Source: Thermoanaerobaculia bacterium (GTDB lineage Bacteria > Acidobacteriota > Thermoanaerobaculia > UBA5066 > Gp7-AA6). Taken from it: a stretch of DNA of 64,000 bases. Shown here one piece after another: positions 9,604 through 21,790 of this stretch. The notes below the pieces were generated by a model, which worked only from the letters and a program-made list of their open reading frames with translations, made no database searches and had not been told where the DNA came from. The stretch covers positions 9,340-73,339 of the forward strand of contig JBGPCK010000001.1 in assembly GCA_041481715.1 (NCBI GenBank), read 5' to 3'. The position numbers were made by a program, and so were the translations under genes. Every line of letters begins with the position of its first letter. The stretch's first letter is position 1.

Positions 9604-11169
9604 GTGAAGGAAGACCCACCCGGAGAGGCTCCGGCCGAGCAAGCTCTGATCGAAAACCGCCGCCGCAATCTCGAGGACATTCGGCGGCTCGCCGGCGATG
9701 TCTACCCATTCGGGTTTGCCCTGACGTCGACCGTTTCGGAAATCGCGAGGACGCACCGGCAACGGTCGGGCGTCGAGCTCGAGAGCGAGGCAACCCATGT
9801 GGCGACCGCCGGTCGGATCCTGGCTCGACGCACGCAGGGCAAGGCCGGTTTTCTGGATCTTTCCGACGGTGTGGAGCGCCTGCAGGTCTACATCCGCAAG
9901 GACGCGGTGGGGGACACGGGTTGGGAGCTCTATCGGGCCCTGGATCTGGGCGACTGGATCGGAGTTTCCGGCGAGATCTTCAAGACGAGGACGGGGGAGC
10001 TCACGGTCAAGGCTCGCGAGATCGCGTTTCTCGCGAAGTGCCTCCGGCCTCTGCCGGCGAAATGGCACGGTTTGAAGGACGTCGAGCTCCGCTACCGGCA
10101 GCGTTATCTCGACCTGGCCGTCAACGCCGATTCGCGCGGCGTCTTCGAGCTGCGGTCGAGGGTGGTGCGCTACTTGCGGCGCTTCCTCGATGAGCGGGGC
10201 TTCCTGGAAGTCGAGACGCCGATGATGCAGGCGATCCCGGGTGGCGCACGCGCGCGGCCCTTCGTGACGCATCACAACGCGCTCGACCTCGAGCTCTTCC
10301 TGCGTGTCGCGCCCGAGCTGTTCCTGAAGCGGCTCATCGTCGGCGGAATGCCGAGGGTCTACGAGCTCAACCGCAATTTTCGAAACGAGGGGATCGGGTG
10401 GCGGTGGAATCCCGAGTTCACGATGCTCGAGTTTTACCAGGCCTTTGCGCGCGCGAGCGACTTGATGGCGCTGACCGAAGAGATGCTCTCCGGCCTCGTC
10501 CGGGAGGTCACGGGAACAACGAGCACGGCCTGGGGCGGAGCGACGATCGACTGGGCGCCGCCCTTCCGGAAAGTGACGATGCGGCAAGCTGTTCTCGACG
10601 CTACCCGCGAGGACCCGCGCGGCGCGGTGCGGCCCGAGGAGCTCGAAACCGCCGAAGGACTGCTCGCCGCCGGGCGGAGATTCGGCGTCGAGGCACCCGA
10701 CCGATTTGCCGGAAGAAAGGGCAAGCTCTTAGCCGAGCTCTTCGAGGCGACGGCGGAGGCGCTGCTCGTCCAGCCGACCTTTCTCCATGAGTTCCCGACG
10801 GAGATCTCTCCGCTCTCCAAGCAGGATCCGGCCAACCCCGAATGGGTGGACCGCTTCGAGCTCTACGTGGGCGGCATGGAGATCGCCAACGGTTTTTCCG
10901 AGTTGAACGACCCGCACGAGCAGGCGGCCCGATTCCGGCAGCAGGCAGAGGAACGCGCGGGGGGGGATCTCGAAGCGCCGCCCTACGACGAGGAGTATGT
11001 CCAGGCGCTCGAGTACGGCATGCCGCCAACCGCCGGCGAGGGGGTCGGCGTCGACCGGCTGACGATGCTCGTGACGGATCGCCACTCGATCCGCGACGTG
11101 ATTCTGTTCCCCCTCCTGAAGCCCCGGGGGCACGGGACAGGCGAGGACGAGGCGCCCGGCGAGGAGTGA
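9604..11169 (+). CDS. lysS: Lysine--tRNA ligase (class II)
   Basis: N-terminal OB-fold anticodon-binding region (RILARRTQGKAGFLDLSDG..LQVYI). Class II motifs FLEVETPMMQ, RNEG, ELNDP..Q. 521 aa with an acidic C-terminal tail. Confidence 0.9.
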   Translation: MKEDPPGEAPAEQALIENRRRNLEDIRRLAGDVYPFGFALTSTVSEIARTHRQRSGVELESEATHVATAGRILARRTQGKAGFLDLSDGVERLQVYIRKDAVGDTGWELYRALDLGDWIGVSGEIFKTRTGELTVKAREIAFLAKCLRPLPAKWHGLKDVELRYRQRYLDLAVNADSRGVFELRSRVVRYLRRFLDERGFLEVETPMMQAIPGGARARPFVTHHNALDLELFLRVAPELFLKRLIVGGMPRVYELNRNFRNEGIGWRWNPEFTMLEFYQAFARASDLMALTEEMLSGLVREVTGTTSTAWGGATIDWAPPFRKVTMRQAVLDATREDPRGAVRPEELETAEGLLAAGRRFGVEAPDRFAGRKGKLLAELFEATAEALLVQPTFLHEFPTEISPLSKQDPANPEWVDRFELYVGGMEIANGFSELNDPHEQAARFRQQAEERAGGDLEAPPYDEEYVQALEYGMPPTAGEGVGVDRLTMLVTDRHSIRDVILFPLLKPRGHGTGEDEAPGEE

Positions 11170-11230
11170 ACACTCTCACCGGCATCCCGAGCGGCCTCCG
11201 CGGGACATTCCGAATGACACGAGAGAGGCC

Positions 11231-12415
11231 GTGAGCTTCGAGTCCTTCGTCGCCCTGCGCTACCTCGCGGCGTCGCGCAAGACGGCGCACGTCGCCCTGA
11301 TCTCGACGATCTCGATCCTGGGGCTCGCGGTCGGTGTGGCGGCGCTCGTCATCTCTCTGTCGCTCTTGTCCGGCTTCCAGGACCGCATCCGCGCGCAAAT
11401 GGTCGAGCGCAGCCCGCACCTGACGGTCTCGCCGGAGCAGGGCGCGAGCCTCGCGGACCCGGAGCGCGTGCGACAGGTGCTCGCTGGCCTCGCCGGGCTG
11501 CTGGCCGTCGAGCCCGTGATCGAGGGGCGCGGCTGGATGTCCCCTTCGGCCGGGGGCACGGCGATGCCCGTGCGCTACCGCAACGCGCCCGTCGCAAGCC
11601 TCGCCGCCGTTTCCGGCTCGGAGGAACCGCCGGTTCGCGTTGCGGCTTCCGTTGGCTTCCGGATCGGAGTCGGCGTGGGGGAGTCCGTGCGCCTGACCTC
11701 CGCGCGCACGCATCTGTCGCCGATCGGCCCGATTCCCGTATCGGTCGCGCTCCGGGTCGCGGAAGTTTCCCGCCGGGGCGCCCTGGAGAAGTCACCGGAG
11801 GTGGAGGTCCCCGAACCCGTGGCGCGCGTTCTCTCCGGGATGCCAGCCGGCGCGCGCGCCTACGAAGCGCGGCTGGCCGATCCGACCGGCGTCGACCGCG
11901 CGCGCCGAGACGTCGCCCGGCGCCTCGGGACCGGATACCGGGTCGAGACCTGGAAAGACAGGAACGCTCCGCTCTCCTTTGCGCTCGGCCTGGAGAAGCT
12001 CGTCATCTTCGCCACGGTCGCCCTCGTGATCCTGGTCGCGGCATTCAACATTGTTTCGAACGTCGCGCTGCTGGTCGTGGAGAAGAAGCGGGATCTGGGC
12101 GTCTTCGCTACCATGGGCGCCGCTCCCCGGTCGCTCGCCCGCATCTATCTGATCCTCGGCGCCGCGATCGGAGGAATTGGAACGATCGGCGGCCTCGCTC
12201 TGGGCGTCACCGCGTCGCTCGTGCTCGACCGGTTCCATCTGGTCCCGCTTCCGGCGGACGTGTACCTGTTCACCCACGTCCCCTTTGCCGTGCACCCGCG
12301 GGACGTGCTTCTGGTGGCGGTCTTCTCCTTCGGGACGGCGCTTGCCGCTGCGGTGCTGCCTGCTCGCGCCGCCGCTCGCATTGCGCCGGGGGAAGCCGCG
12401 GAGCTGTCACGATGA
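11231..12415 (+). CDS. Lipoprotein-releasing ABC transporter permease LolC/LolE family
   Basis: 394 aa. Family N-terminus FVALRYL..S, N-terminal TM, periplasmic domain, FtsX C-terminal TM bundle. Followed by lolD. Confidence 0.85.
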   Translation: MSFESFVALRYLAASRKTAHVALISTISILGLAVGVAALVISLSLLSGFQDRIRAQMVERSPHLTVSPEQGASLADPERVRQVLAGLAGLLAVEPVIEGRGWMSPSAGGTAMPVRYRNAPVASLAAVSGSEEPPVRVAASVGFRIGVGVGESVRLTSARTHLSPIGPIPVSVALRVAEVSRRGALEKSPEVEVPEPVARVLSGMPAGARAYEARLADPTGVDRARRDVARRLGTGYRVETWKDRNAPLSFALGLEKLVIFATVALVILVAAFNIVSNVALLVVEKKRDLGVFATMGAAPRSLARIYLILGAAIGGIGTIGGLALGVTASLVLDRFHLVPLPADVYLFTHVPFAVHPRDVLLVAVFSFGTALAAAVLPARAAARIAPGEAAELSR

Positions 12416-12496
12416 GATCCTCGGCTGTCTGTCATCGATTCTCGGTCTTGAGCGCGGCGTCGGAACCGAGAACCGGAAGCTGAAGACGGAAAACCG

Positions 12497-13198
12497 ATGA
12501 CCGTCCTGGCGATCAAGGCGGAGAATCTCTCCAAGACTTACGCCGGCGAGGCAGCGCCGGTGACGGTCTTCCGGAACCTCTCCTTCGAGCTTCCTGCGGG
12601 AGTCTTCGCCGCGGTCATGGGGCCGTCGGGCGTGGGCAAGTCGACGCTGTTGCACCTGCTCGGCGGGATCGACCGCCCCAACGCCGGGCGCGTCGAGGTG
12701 TTTGGCGCGGCGCTTGGGGAGATGCCGGCTGCCGAGCGCGCGCGGTTTCGAAATGAGCGCGTCGGCTTCGTGTTCCAATTCCACCATCTGCTGCCCGAGT
12801 TCACCGCCGAGGAAAACGTCGCTTTTCCGCACCGCATCGCGGGACTGCCGGCCGGAGAGGCGCTGCGGCGGGCGCGGTCGCTGCTGGCACGGGTCGGCCT
12901 CGCCGACCGCGGCGGTCACCGCGCGCGGGCCCTCTCCGGTGGCGAGCAGCAGCGCGTTGCCATCGCGCGGGCGTTGGCGCGGGATCCAGGCCTGCTGCTG
13001 GCCGACGAACCCACGGGCAACCTCGACGCGGAATCGGCGGCCCGGGTCTTCGACTTGCTGGAAGGCCTACACCGGGAGCGGGGCATGAGCACGGTGCTGG
13101 TGACACACAACCCCGATCTAGCGAAGCGCTGTGATAAAATTTTCCTCATGTCCCGGGAAGGAATCTCTCCCGCGCCGGGTTTCGCGGGGCGGGTATAG
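12497..13198 (+). CDS. lolD: Lipoprotein-releasing system ATP-binding protein
   Basis: Walker A GPSGVGKST, signature [15 protein letters not shown], Walker [13 protein letters not shown]. 233 aa directly after the LolC/E permease. Confidence 0.9.
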   Translation: MTVLAIKAENLSKTYAGEAAPVTVFRNLSFELPAGVFAAVMGPSGVGKSTLLHLLGGIDRPNAGRVEVFGAALGEMPAAERARFRNERVGFVFQFHHLLPEFTAEENVAFPHRIAGLPAGEALRRARSLLARVGLADRGGHRARALSGGEQQRVAIARALARDPGLLLADEPTGNLDAESAARVFDLLEGLHRERGMSTVLVTHNPDLAKRCDKIFLMSREGISPAPGFAGRV

Positions 13199-13231
13199 GC
13201 CCAGCCCATATGGCCTGCGTGCCCGCCAGCG

Positions 13232-15664
<2,433 letters not shown>

Positions 15665-15864
15665 CTTCTCGGCCTGAGAACCCGTCCCTTTCGGGTGCCG
15701 CGGGCAAGTAATCTCGCGAACTCGGCTCTCGTTTCCCTCCCAACTGAACGTTTGCTCCGGACAGGGAACAAGTTAGGCTAGCGCTTCGTTCGAACGGGGA
15801 GCACGATGAGGAGAGCGGCCGGGAAGATTCGGGTAGAGCGCGGCACGTCCTGCCGGAGCGCGGA

Positions 15865-18378
15865 TTGAGGAGATTCCCGGTGCCGGCCGGCCTCCTCGCG
15901 GCCGGCCTCTTCTGCGCCGCGGCCGCCGCGGCCCAGGCTCCCACTCCTCCGCCCGAGCCCGTCTCGACCCCCGCGAACCTCGCGCCGACCCCGGCCCCCG
16001 CCCCCGTGGCATCGAGCCGGGCGGGGGAGATCCTCGTGGGCATCCGCGTCGTGGGCTACCAGACGGTCTCGCCCGACACGGTCGCCCATTACCTCGGCAT
16101 CAAGGTTGGCGACCCTTACGACCCGGAGGCCATCCGGTCGCACTTCCACACGCTTTGGGACGTGGGCCTGCTCGACAATGTGACGATCGAAGCCGAGCAC
16201 GGACCGCAGGGCGTCACCCTCGTGGTGTCAATCGAGGAGCGGCCGACGATTACCGCGATCGACTTCGTGGGAAACAAGAAGATCACGACCTCTCAAATCA
16301 AGGATCGTCTCAAGGAAGAGAAGATCGAGGTTCGCGGCGGCTCGCCGCTGTCGCTGCGGGAGATCGCCCGCGTGCGCTCGGTGATCTCCGACTACTACCT
16401 CGAGCAGGGGTACCGCAGCGTCAGCGTGGACTTCCGCATCGACGACATCTCGAAGACGGAGAAGAAGGTCGTCTTCACGATCGACGAGGGAGACAAGATC
16501 AAGATCGCGTCGATTCAGTTCCAGGGCAACAAGGTCTTTCGGGCCTGGCAGCTGCGAAACGCGATGAAGAAGACGAAGGTCGACACCCTCTGGCGTGTCT
16601 TCTCGGAGAACACGACCTACAGCCAGGCCAACTACGAGGCGGACGTCGAGAACATCAAAGGCGTGTACCACGCGAAGGGATACAAGGACGTCGTCGTTAA
16701 GGATCCGATTCTCGACGTCTACGTTAAGAATCCGAAGGCCAACCCGAAGAAGTTGAAGCGGGCGGTCCACATCACGATTCCGATCGTGGAAGGAGAGCAA
16801 TTCTTCGTCAACGAAATCCGGGTCGTGCGAGTCGATCAGTCGGGCAAGGCGACCGAAGAGAGCTCGGCCATGGTGTTCCCGCAGAAGATGATTCTCTCCA
16901 AGTTTTGGGAGCTCGCCCCGGGAACGGTTCTAAACCGCGATCGGCTCATCGAGGCCCTTTCCCAGGTCGAGTCCATCTACAAGTCCAACGGGTACATCTA
17001 CTGGTTCGCCGATCCGACCTACAAAGAGGTGGGCAACCACCGAGTGGACATCGAAATTCACATCTTCGAAGGAGAGAAGTTCTATCTCGGCCGGTTCGAG
17101 GTCAAAGGCAATACCAATACGCGGGACAAGGTCATCCGCCGGGAGTTCGCCCTGGACGAGGGCGCCGTGATGAACATGGACGCGGTGAAGCGCAGCCTCC
17201 AGAAGCTCCAACAGCTCGGCTACTTCAAGGTCTCGGAGGAGCCCGATTTCAGTGTGCGTCCGGATGACAAGAAGGTCGACCTCACGCTCAAGGGACAGGA
17301 GACTTCGCGCAACGAGGTCCAGTTCGGCGCCGGTTACTCGGCCGTCGACAAGTTCTTCGGCCAGTTTTCCTTTCAGACGCGCAATTTCCTCGGCCGCGGA
17401 GAGATCCTGGCTGCTTCGGCGCAGATCGGGGCGATCTCGAGCTTCTATGACGTTTCCTACACGATTCCCTGGTTCCTGGACCGCAACCAGTCGCTCGGCT
17501 TCTCGATCTACCGCCGCACGGCCAACTATCTCAACATCGACGAAAAGCGTCAGGGGACGAGCGTCTTCTACGGCCGGGGGATCAGCCTCTTCGACTCCTG
17601 GAACCTGCTCTACCAGTACGAGAGCGTCAAGGCGAACTACCCGGTGCGCGGGGCGCCGGTGCCGCCCGGCCAGCCCATTCCTCCCGACAAGCTCACCGCA
17701 ACCTACGGCAAGACCTCCTCGTTCACGCCGGCGTACCGCTACGACAGCCGCAACGACCCGTTCGACCCAACGGGGGGCCGACGGACGTTCGCGAGCCTTC
17801 AAATCGCCGGTGGCGTCCTCGGGGGAACCGACTATTTCTTCAAGCCGATCCTCGGGGGCACGATCTACATTCCGGTCCGGTTTCCGCGGCACGCCTACAT
17901 CGCCGCGAACCTGGAAGGCGGATGGGTGGCGAACTACGGGGGTCACGGCATCCCGATCTTCGAGCGCTTCCAGCTCGGCGGAGAGCAGAGCCTGCGCGGC
18001 TTCCAAACCGGATCGATCCTGCCGCTTCAGAAGAACAACGAGGTCTTCACCGACTCGCTGGGCCGCATTCTCGGCGGCAACAAGTTCTGGGTGCTGAATC
18101 TTGAATACACGTTCCTGCAGTTCGGCCCCGGAAAGTTGCTCGCCTTCGCGGATCTGGGAAATACCTACTTCGACAGCCAGTCCTTCAATCCGGCCGACTT
18201 CCGCTACTCGGTCGGCGCCGAACTGAGGATCTTCCTGCCCATCTTCCAGGCGCCCCTGCGCTTCATCTATTTCTTCAATCCGGTGCTCGTGCAGCCGATC
18301 GACCAGTTCGGCTTCCCCATTTCCAGCTTGAAGGAGAAGAGCTCCGGCTTTCTCTTCTCCATCGGGCGTACGTTCTAG
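15865..18378 (+). CDS. bamA: Outer membrane protein assembly factor BamA
   Basis: 837 aa. Signal peptide, five POTRA-like repeats, C-terminal Omp85 beta-barrel ending in an aromatic residue (..SIGRTF). Followed by skp-lpxD-fabZ-lpxA, the canonical context. Confidence 0.9.
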   Translation: MRRFPVPAGLLAAGLFCAAAAAAQAPTPPPEPVSTPANLAPTPAPAPVASSRAGEILVGIRVVGYQTVSPDTVAHYLGIKVGDPYDPEAIRSHFHTLWDVGLLDNVTIEAEHGPQGVTLVVSIEERPTITAIDFVGNKKITTSQIKDRLKEEKIEVRGGSPLSLREIARVRSVISDYYLEQGYRSVSVDFRIDDISKTEKKVVFTIDEGDKIKIASIQFQGNKVFRAWQLRNAMKKTKVDTLWRVFSENTTYSQANYEADVENIKGVYHAKGYKDVVVKDPILDVYVKNPKANPKKLKRAVHITIPIVEGEQFFVNEIRVVRVDQSGKATEESSAMVFPQKMILSKFWELAPGTVLNRDRLIEALSQVESIYKSNGYIYWFADPTYKEVGNHRVDIEIHIFEGEKFYLGRFEVKGNTNTRDKVIRREFALDEGAVMNMDAVKRSLQKLQQLGYFKVSEEPDFSVRPDDKKVDLTLKGQETSRNEVQFGAGYSAVDKFFGQFSFQTRNFLGRGEILAASAQIGAISSFYDVSYTIPWFLDRNQSLGFSIYRRTANYLNIDEKRQGTSVFYGRGISLFDSWNLLYQYESVKANYPVRGAPVPPGQPIPPDKLTATYGKTSSFTPAYRYDSRNDPFDPTGGRRTFASLQIAGGVLGGTDYFFKPILGGTIYIPVRFPRHAYIAANLEGGWVANYGGHGIPIFERFQLGGEQSLRGFQTGSILPLQKNNEVFTDSLGRILGGNKFWVLNLEYTFLQFGPGKLLAFADLGNTYFDSQSFNPADFRYSVGAELRIFLPIFQAPLRFIYFFNPVLVQPIDQFGFPISSLKEKSSGFLFSIGRTF

Positions 18379-18498
18379 GGCCATCCCCCGGGAATGCCCC
18401 CCTTGTTGCCGGCTGTTGCCCGGCCCGCGTTTTTTGCTAGTATTCGCCGTTCTTCCCCGCGGAACGGACTCCCGTGGGGGACAGAAGGAGTCAGAAGA

Positions 18499-19125
18499 AT
18501 GAAGCGCATCCTGCTCTCGCTCGTCGCGGCCGGCGTGACGGTGGTTGCGTCGGGTCAAGCCACGGCCCCGCCCCCCGCGGCGGCGGCGCCGCCCGGGTCG
18601 CTCAAGATCGCGGTGATCAACGTTGATCGGCTCGTGACGGACTCGGCTCTCGGCAAAGAGGCGTTCGCGCGCGTCAAGAAGCTCGCCGACCAGAAGAAGG
18701 AGGAGGGGGAGAAGCTGACCAAGGAGCTTCGCGACATGGAGCAAAAGCTCGCCGACCAGGGGGCCTCGCTGGCCGACGACAAGAAGGACGCGCTTCAGAA
18801 GCAGTACCAGGAGAAGGCAATCGCCTTCAAGCGCTTCCAGGACGACGCGCAGCGGCAGCTCGAGGAGGCCCAGAAGAAGGAGCTCGAAGAGCTCCAGAAG
18901 CGGGTCATGCCCGTCATCGCGCAAATCGGCAAGGAGAAGAGCTACACGCTGATCTTCAACAAGTTTCAGTCGGGCCTGGTGTACGCGGACGAAGGGTCGG
19001 ACATCACCGATGAAGTGCTGAAGCGCTTCAATACGACGGTCGCGATGCCGGCCCCTGCCGAGAAGCCCGCGGCTCCGGGCGCTGCCGGTGCGCAGCCAAA
19101 GCCGACGCCCAAGAAACCTTCCTGA
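18499..19125 (+). CDS. skp: Periplasmic chaperone Skp (OmpH family)
   Basis: Internal ATG with GGAG RBS upstream gives MKRILLSLVAAGVTVVASGQA signal peptide. Lys/Glu/Gln-rich coiled-coil body typical of OmpH. The longer ORF from 18394 is probably not translated. Confidence 0.8.
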   Translation: MKRILLSLVAAGVTVVASGQATAPPPAAAAPPGSLKIAVINVDRLVTDSALGKEAFARVKKLADQKKEEGEKLTKELRDMEQKLADQGASLADDKKDALQKQYQEKAIAFKRFQDDAQRQLEEAQKKELEELQKRVMPVIAQIGKEKSYTLIFNKFQSGLVYADEGSDITDEVLKRFNTTVAMPAPAEKPAAPGAAGAQPKPTPKKPS

Positions 19126-19141
19126 GCTTGAAGGCCGGAGA

Positions 19142-19165
19142 CGGGAGACGTAATGGCGTCTCCCG
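19142..19165 (+). terminator. GC-rich 9-bp perfect inverted repeat (CGGGAGACG-TAATGG-CGTCTCCCG) 17 nt after skp stop; possible terminator/attenuator hairpin (no U-tract)
   Basis: Read directly in sequence at 19142-19165 inside the 276-nt skp-lpxD spacer. Confidence 0.3.
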
Positions 19166-19400
19166 TGTCACCATCGGCCCCGTCCAACCGACTCGCCCTC
19201 TAGCAGGTTGCTGAAGACATGGTGTGGAGCGGCGTTGCGAGCGCCGCCGCAACCCCTTGGGGCGGCTGGCCTTTTGCTCGCGGCGACCTCAAGTCTCATG
19301 AGAAACTCCCGACGCGATTGCATGCTCGCCGCGAGTTGCAAAAGACCAGCCGCGACGCCCGCGTCCATTTTTCAGCACCCTGCTAGTACTATCCGCCCCG

Positions 19401-20522
19401 GTGAAGACCGCCAAGCGGACCGGATCGCGCCCCCGGCGGGTCCCAGAGCGACAGGGCCGACACTCCTTCACACTGGCCGAAGTGGCCCGTGTCGTCGGTG
19501 GGCGGGTCTCCGGTGATCCGAAGCGGGTCTTGACGGGACTGCGTGGCCTCGATCAGGCAGGCCCGGAGCATCTCTCCTTTCTCTCGGACCCACGGCGCGC
19601 CGGGGAGGCGCGGGAAAGCCGCGCGGGGGCCCTCCTCGTCCCGTCGGAAGAGGCGGCCGGCGGGCGTCCTGCCGTGATCGTCGCCGCGCCCCTGCAGGCT
19701 CTCGCGGCGTGTCTCGAGGCGTTCTTTCCTCAGCCGCGGACCACACCCGGTGTCGCGCGAGGGGCCCACGTCCACCGGACCGCCCGGCTCGGCAGGGGGG
19801 TTTCGGTCGCCGCCGGCGCCACGGTCGGACCTCGAGCTCGCATCGGCGCGCGCACGGTCATCGGACCGGGCGCGTACGTCGGTCCGGACACCGAGATCGG
19901 AGAGGACGGGCTCCTGCACGCCAATGCCGTGGTGTACGCGGGCTGCCGGATCGGCGCACGGTGCGTGCTGCACGCGGGCGCGGTGATCGGCTCCGACGGA
20001 TTCGGGTACGTCTGGGACGGGCAGCGCCATCGGAAGATCCCGCAGGTCGGGATTGTGCGCCTAGAAGACGACGTCGAGGTCGGGGCCAACGCGGCAATCG
20101 ACCGCGCGACTCTGGGCGAGACGGTGGTCGGGCGCGGAACGAAGATTGACAACCTCGTCCAGGTCGGCCACAACGTTCTGATCGGCGAGCATTCCCTACT
20201 CTGCGGGCAGGCGGGGGTGGCGGGGTCGACGCGCATCGGTCGAAGGGTCACCCTGGCGGGCCAGGCGGGTGTCGCGGACCACGTAACGATCGGGGAGGGC
20301 GCGATCGCGACGGCGCAGTCGGGAATCGTGACCGGAGCGAAGGTCGCGGCCGGAGCGGTGGTCTCCGGCATGCCGGCGGCCCCGCACCGCGAGTTCTTGA
20401 AGCGCGCAGCCTGGGTGGCGCGACTTCCGGAGCTCGCGCGCCGAGTGGAGCAGCTGGAGCGGCGGCTGGCCGAGGCCGGCAAAGGAGGGAGCCCGTGGAG
20501 CTCGGAATCGGCGAGATCCTGA
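19401..20522 (+). CDS. lpxD: UDP-3-O-(3-hydroxyacyl)glucosamine N-acyltransferase
   Basis: Left-handed beta-helix hexapeptide repeats throughout. LpxD N-terminal region (FTLAEVARVVGG). True start may be downstream of 19401 (typical LpxD is about 340 aa). Confidence 0.85.
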   Translation: MKTAKRTGSRPRRVPERQGRHSFTLAEVARVVGGRVSGDPKRVLTGLRGLDQAGPEHLSFLSDPRRAGEARESRAGALLVPSEEAAGGRPAVIVAAPLQALAACLEAFFPQPRTTPGVARGAHVHRTARLGRGVSVAAGATVGPRARIGARTVIGPGAYVGPDTEIGEDGLLHANAVVYAGCRIGARCVLHAGAVIGSDGFGYVWDGQRHRKIPQVGIVRLEDDVEVGANAAIDRATLGETVVGRGTKIDNLVQVGHNVLIGEHSLLCGQAGVAGSTRIGRRVTLAGQAGVADHVTIGEGAIATAQSGIVTGAKVAAGAVVSGMPAAPHREFLKRAAWVARLPELARRVEQLERRLAEAGKGGSPWSSESARS

Positions 20523-20932
20523 AGATCCTGCCGCACCGCTATCCCTTTCTGCTCGTGGACCGCATTTTGGAGCTCGAAGCGGGCAAGCGCGTCGTGGGGA
20601 TCAAGAACGTCACCTACAACGAGGAGTTTTTTCAGGGGCACTTCCCCGGAAACCCCGTGATGCCGGGCGTACTCATCATCGAGGCGATGGCCCAGGTGGC
20701 GGGAGTGGGGCTGCTCGGAACGGTGCCGGACCCCGCCAAGAAGCTCCTCTACATGGCGGGCGTGGACCGCGCGAAGTTCCGGCGGCCCGTGGTCCCGGGA
20801 GACCAGCTGCGCCTGGAGGCGGAGATCGTGTCGCTCCGGATGCGGACGTGCAAGTGCCGCGCGCGGGCCCTGGTGGATGGGACGCTCTGTGCGGAGGCGG
20901 AGCTGATGTCCGTTCTGGTGGATCGTCCTTGA
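20495..20932 (+). CDS. fabZ: 3-hydroxyacyl-ACP dehydratase
   Basis: 145 aa. Hotdog fold motifs ILPHRYPFLLVDRI and FFQGHFPGNPVMPGVLIIEAMAQ. Confidence 0.9.
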   Translation: MELGIGEILKILPHRYPFLLVDRILELEAGKRVVGIKNVTYNEEFFQGHFPGNPVMPGVLIIEAMAQVAGVGLLGTVPDPAKKLLYMAGVDRAKFRRPVVPGDQLRLEAEIVSLRMRTCKCRARALVDGTLCAEAELMSVLVDRP

Positions 20933-21708
20933 CGACCGCGGTTCATCCGACCGCCCTCGTCTCGCCGGACGCCGAGCTCGCCGAGGACGTCACCGTAGGG
21001 CCTTACGCCGTCGTCGGTCCGGAAGTGCGCCTGGGCCGCGGCACGTCGGTCGGCGCGCACGCCCACCTGCAGGGGCCAGCGACGCTTGGCGAGGAGAATC
21101 GGATCTTCCCCTTCGCCGTCGTCGGGTTCGACCCGCAGGACCTGAAATACCGGGGAGAGCGGACACGGCTCGCGGTGGGCTCCCGCAACGTCTTCCGGGA
21201 GTTTTGCACGATCCACCGAGGCACGATCGGTGGCCGCGGCGAGACGATCATCGGGGACGAGAACCTGTTCATGGCCTACAGCCACGTCGCGCACGACTGC
21301 CGGATCGGCTCGCGGTCGGTTCTCGCCAACTACGTCGGTCTGGCCGGCCATATCGACGTCGGGGATTGCGCCTTTCTGGGCGCCTACGTCGGCTGTCATC
21401 AGTTCATCCGCGTCGGGAACCACGCCTACGTCGGCGCGTTCACCGTGATCCGCCAAGACGTGCTCCCGTACTGCAAGACGGACGGTGTCGAGGCGAAGAC
21501 CTACGGAATTAACACCATCGGTCTGAAGCGTCGGGGCTTCACGCCTGAGCGCCTGGAGGCCCTGGAAAAGGCCTATCGGATCCTGGTCCGGTCGAAGCTG
21601 AACACCAGCCAGGCCCTCGAGCGGATCGAGGCCGAACTGGCGGGGCACGAGGACATCGAGTACCTCGTCCAATTCATCCGCGAGGGTCAGCGGGGATTTC
21701 ACAAGTGA
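20929..21708 (+). CDS. lpxA: Acyl-ACP--UDP-N-acetylglucosamine O-acyltransferase
   Basis: TTG start overlapping fabZ stop by 4 nt. Hexapeptide repeats plus C-terminal helical domain (KTYGINTIGLKRRGF). Confidence 0.9.
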   Translation: MTTAVHPTALVSPDAELAEDVTVGPYAVVGPEVRLGRGTSVGAHAHLQGPATLGEENRIFPFAVVGFDPQDLKYRGERTRLAVGSRNVFREFCTIHRGTIGGRGETIIGDENLFMAYSHVAHDCRIGSRSVLANYVGLAGHIDVGDCAFLGAYVGCHQFIRVGNHAYVGAFTVIRQDVLPYCKTDGVEAKTYGINTIGLKRRGFTPERLEALEKAYRILVRSKLNTSQALERIEAELAGHEDIEYLVQFIREGQRGFHK

Positions 21709-21790
21709 CGCTCGAGTGTCGTCCCGGGCGACGCGGGGAGTCGGCGGTCCTACGGCGGGAGCCTGATTCTCCGGCGCCGGGCCCTCCCGA

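Noticed and set aside
8693-10587. Minus ORFs 8693..9793 and 9490..10587, and 10601..11713
   Set aside because: Antisense to the 493-aa hypothetical, lysS and lolC/E. Low-complexity.
12415-12497. Short GAACCG-containing repeats between lolC/E and lolD
   Set aside because: Only 2-3 imperfect copies within an 80-nt spacer. Not a CRISPR or REP-like array. Likely RBS/leader region.
16930-18924. 664-aa minus-strand ORF
   Set aside because: Antisense shadow of bamA/skp, low-complexity Arg/Gly/Glu-rich.
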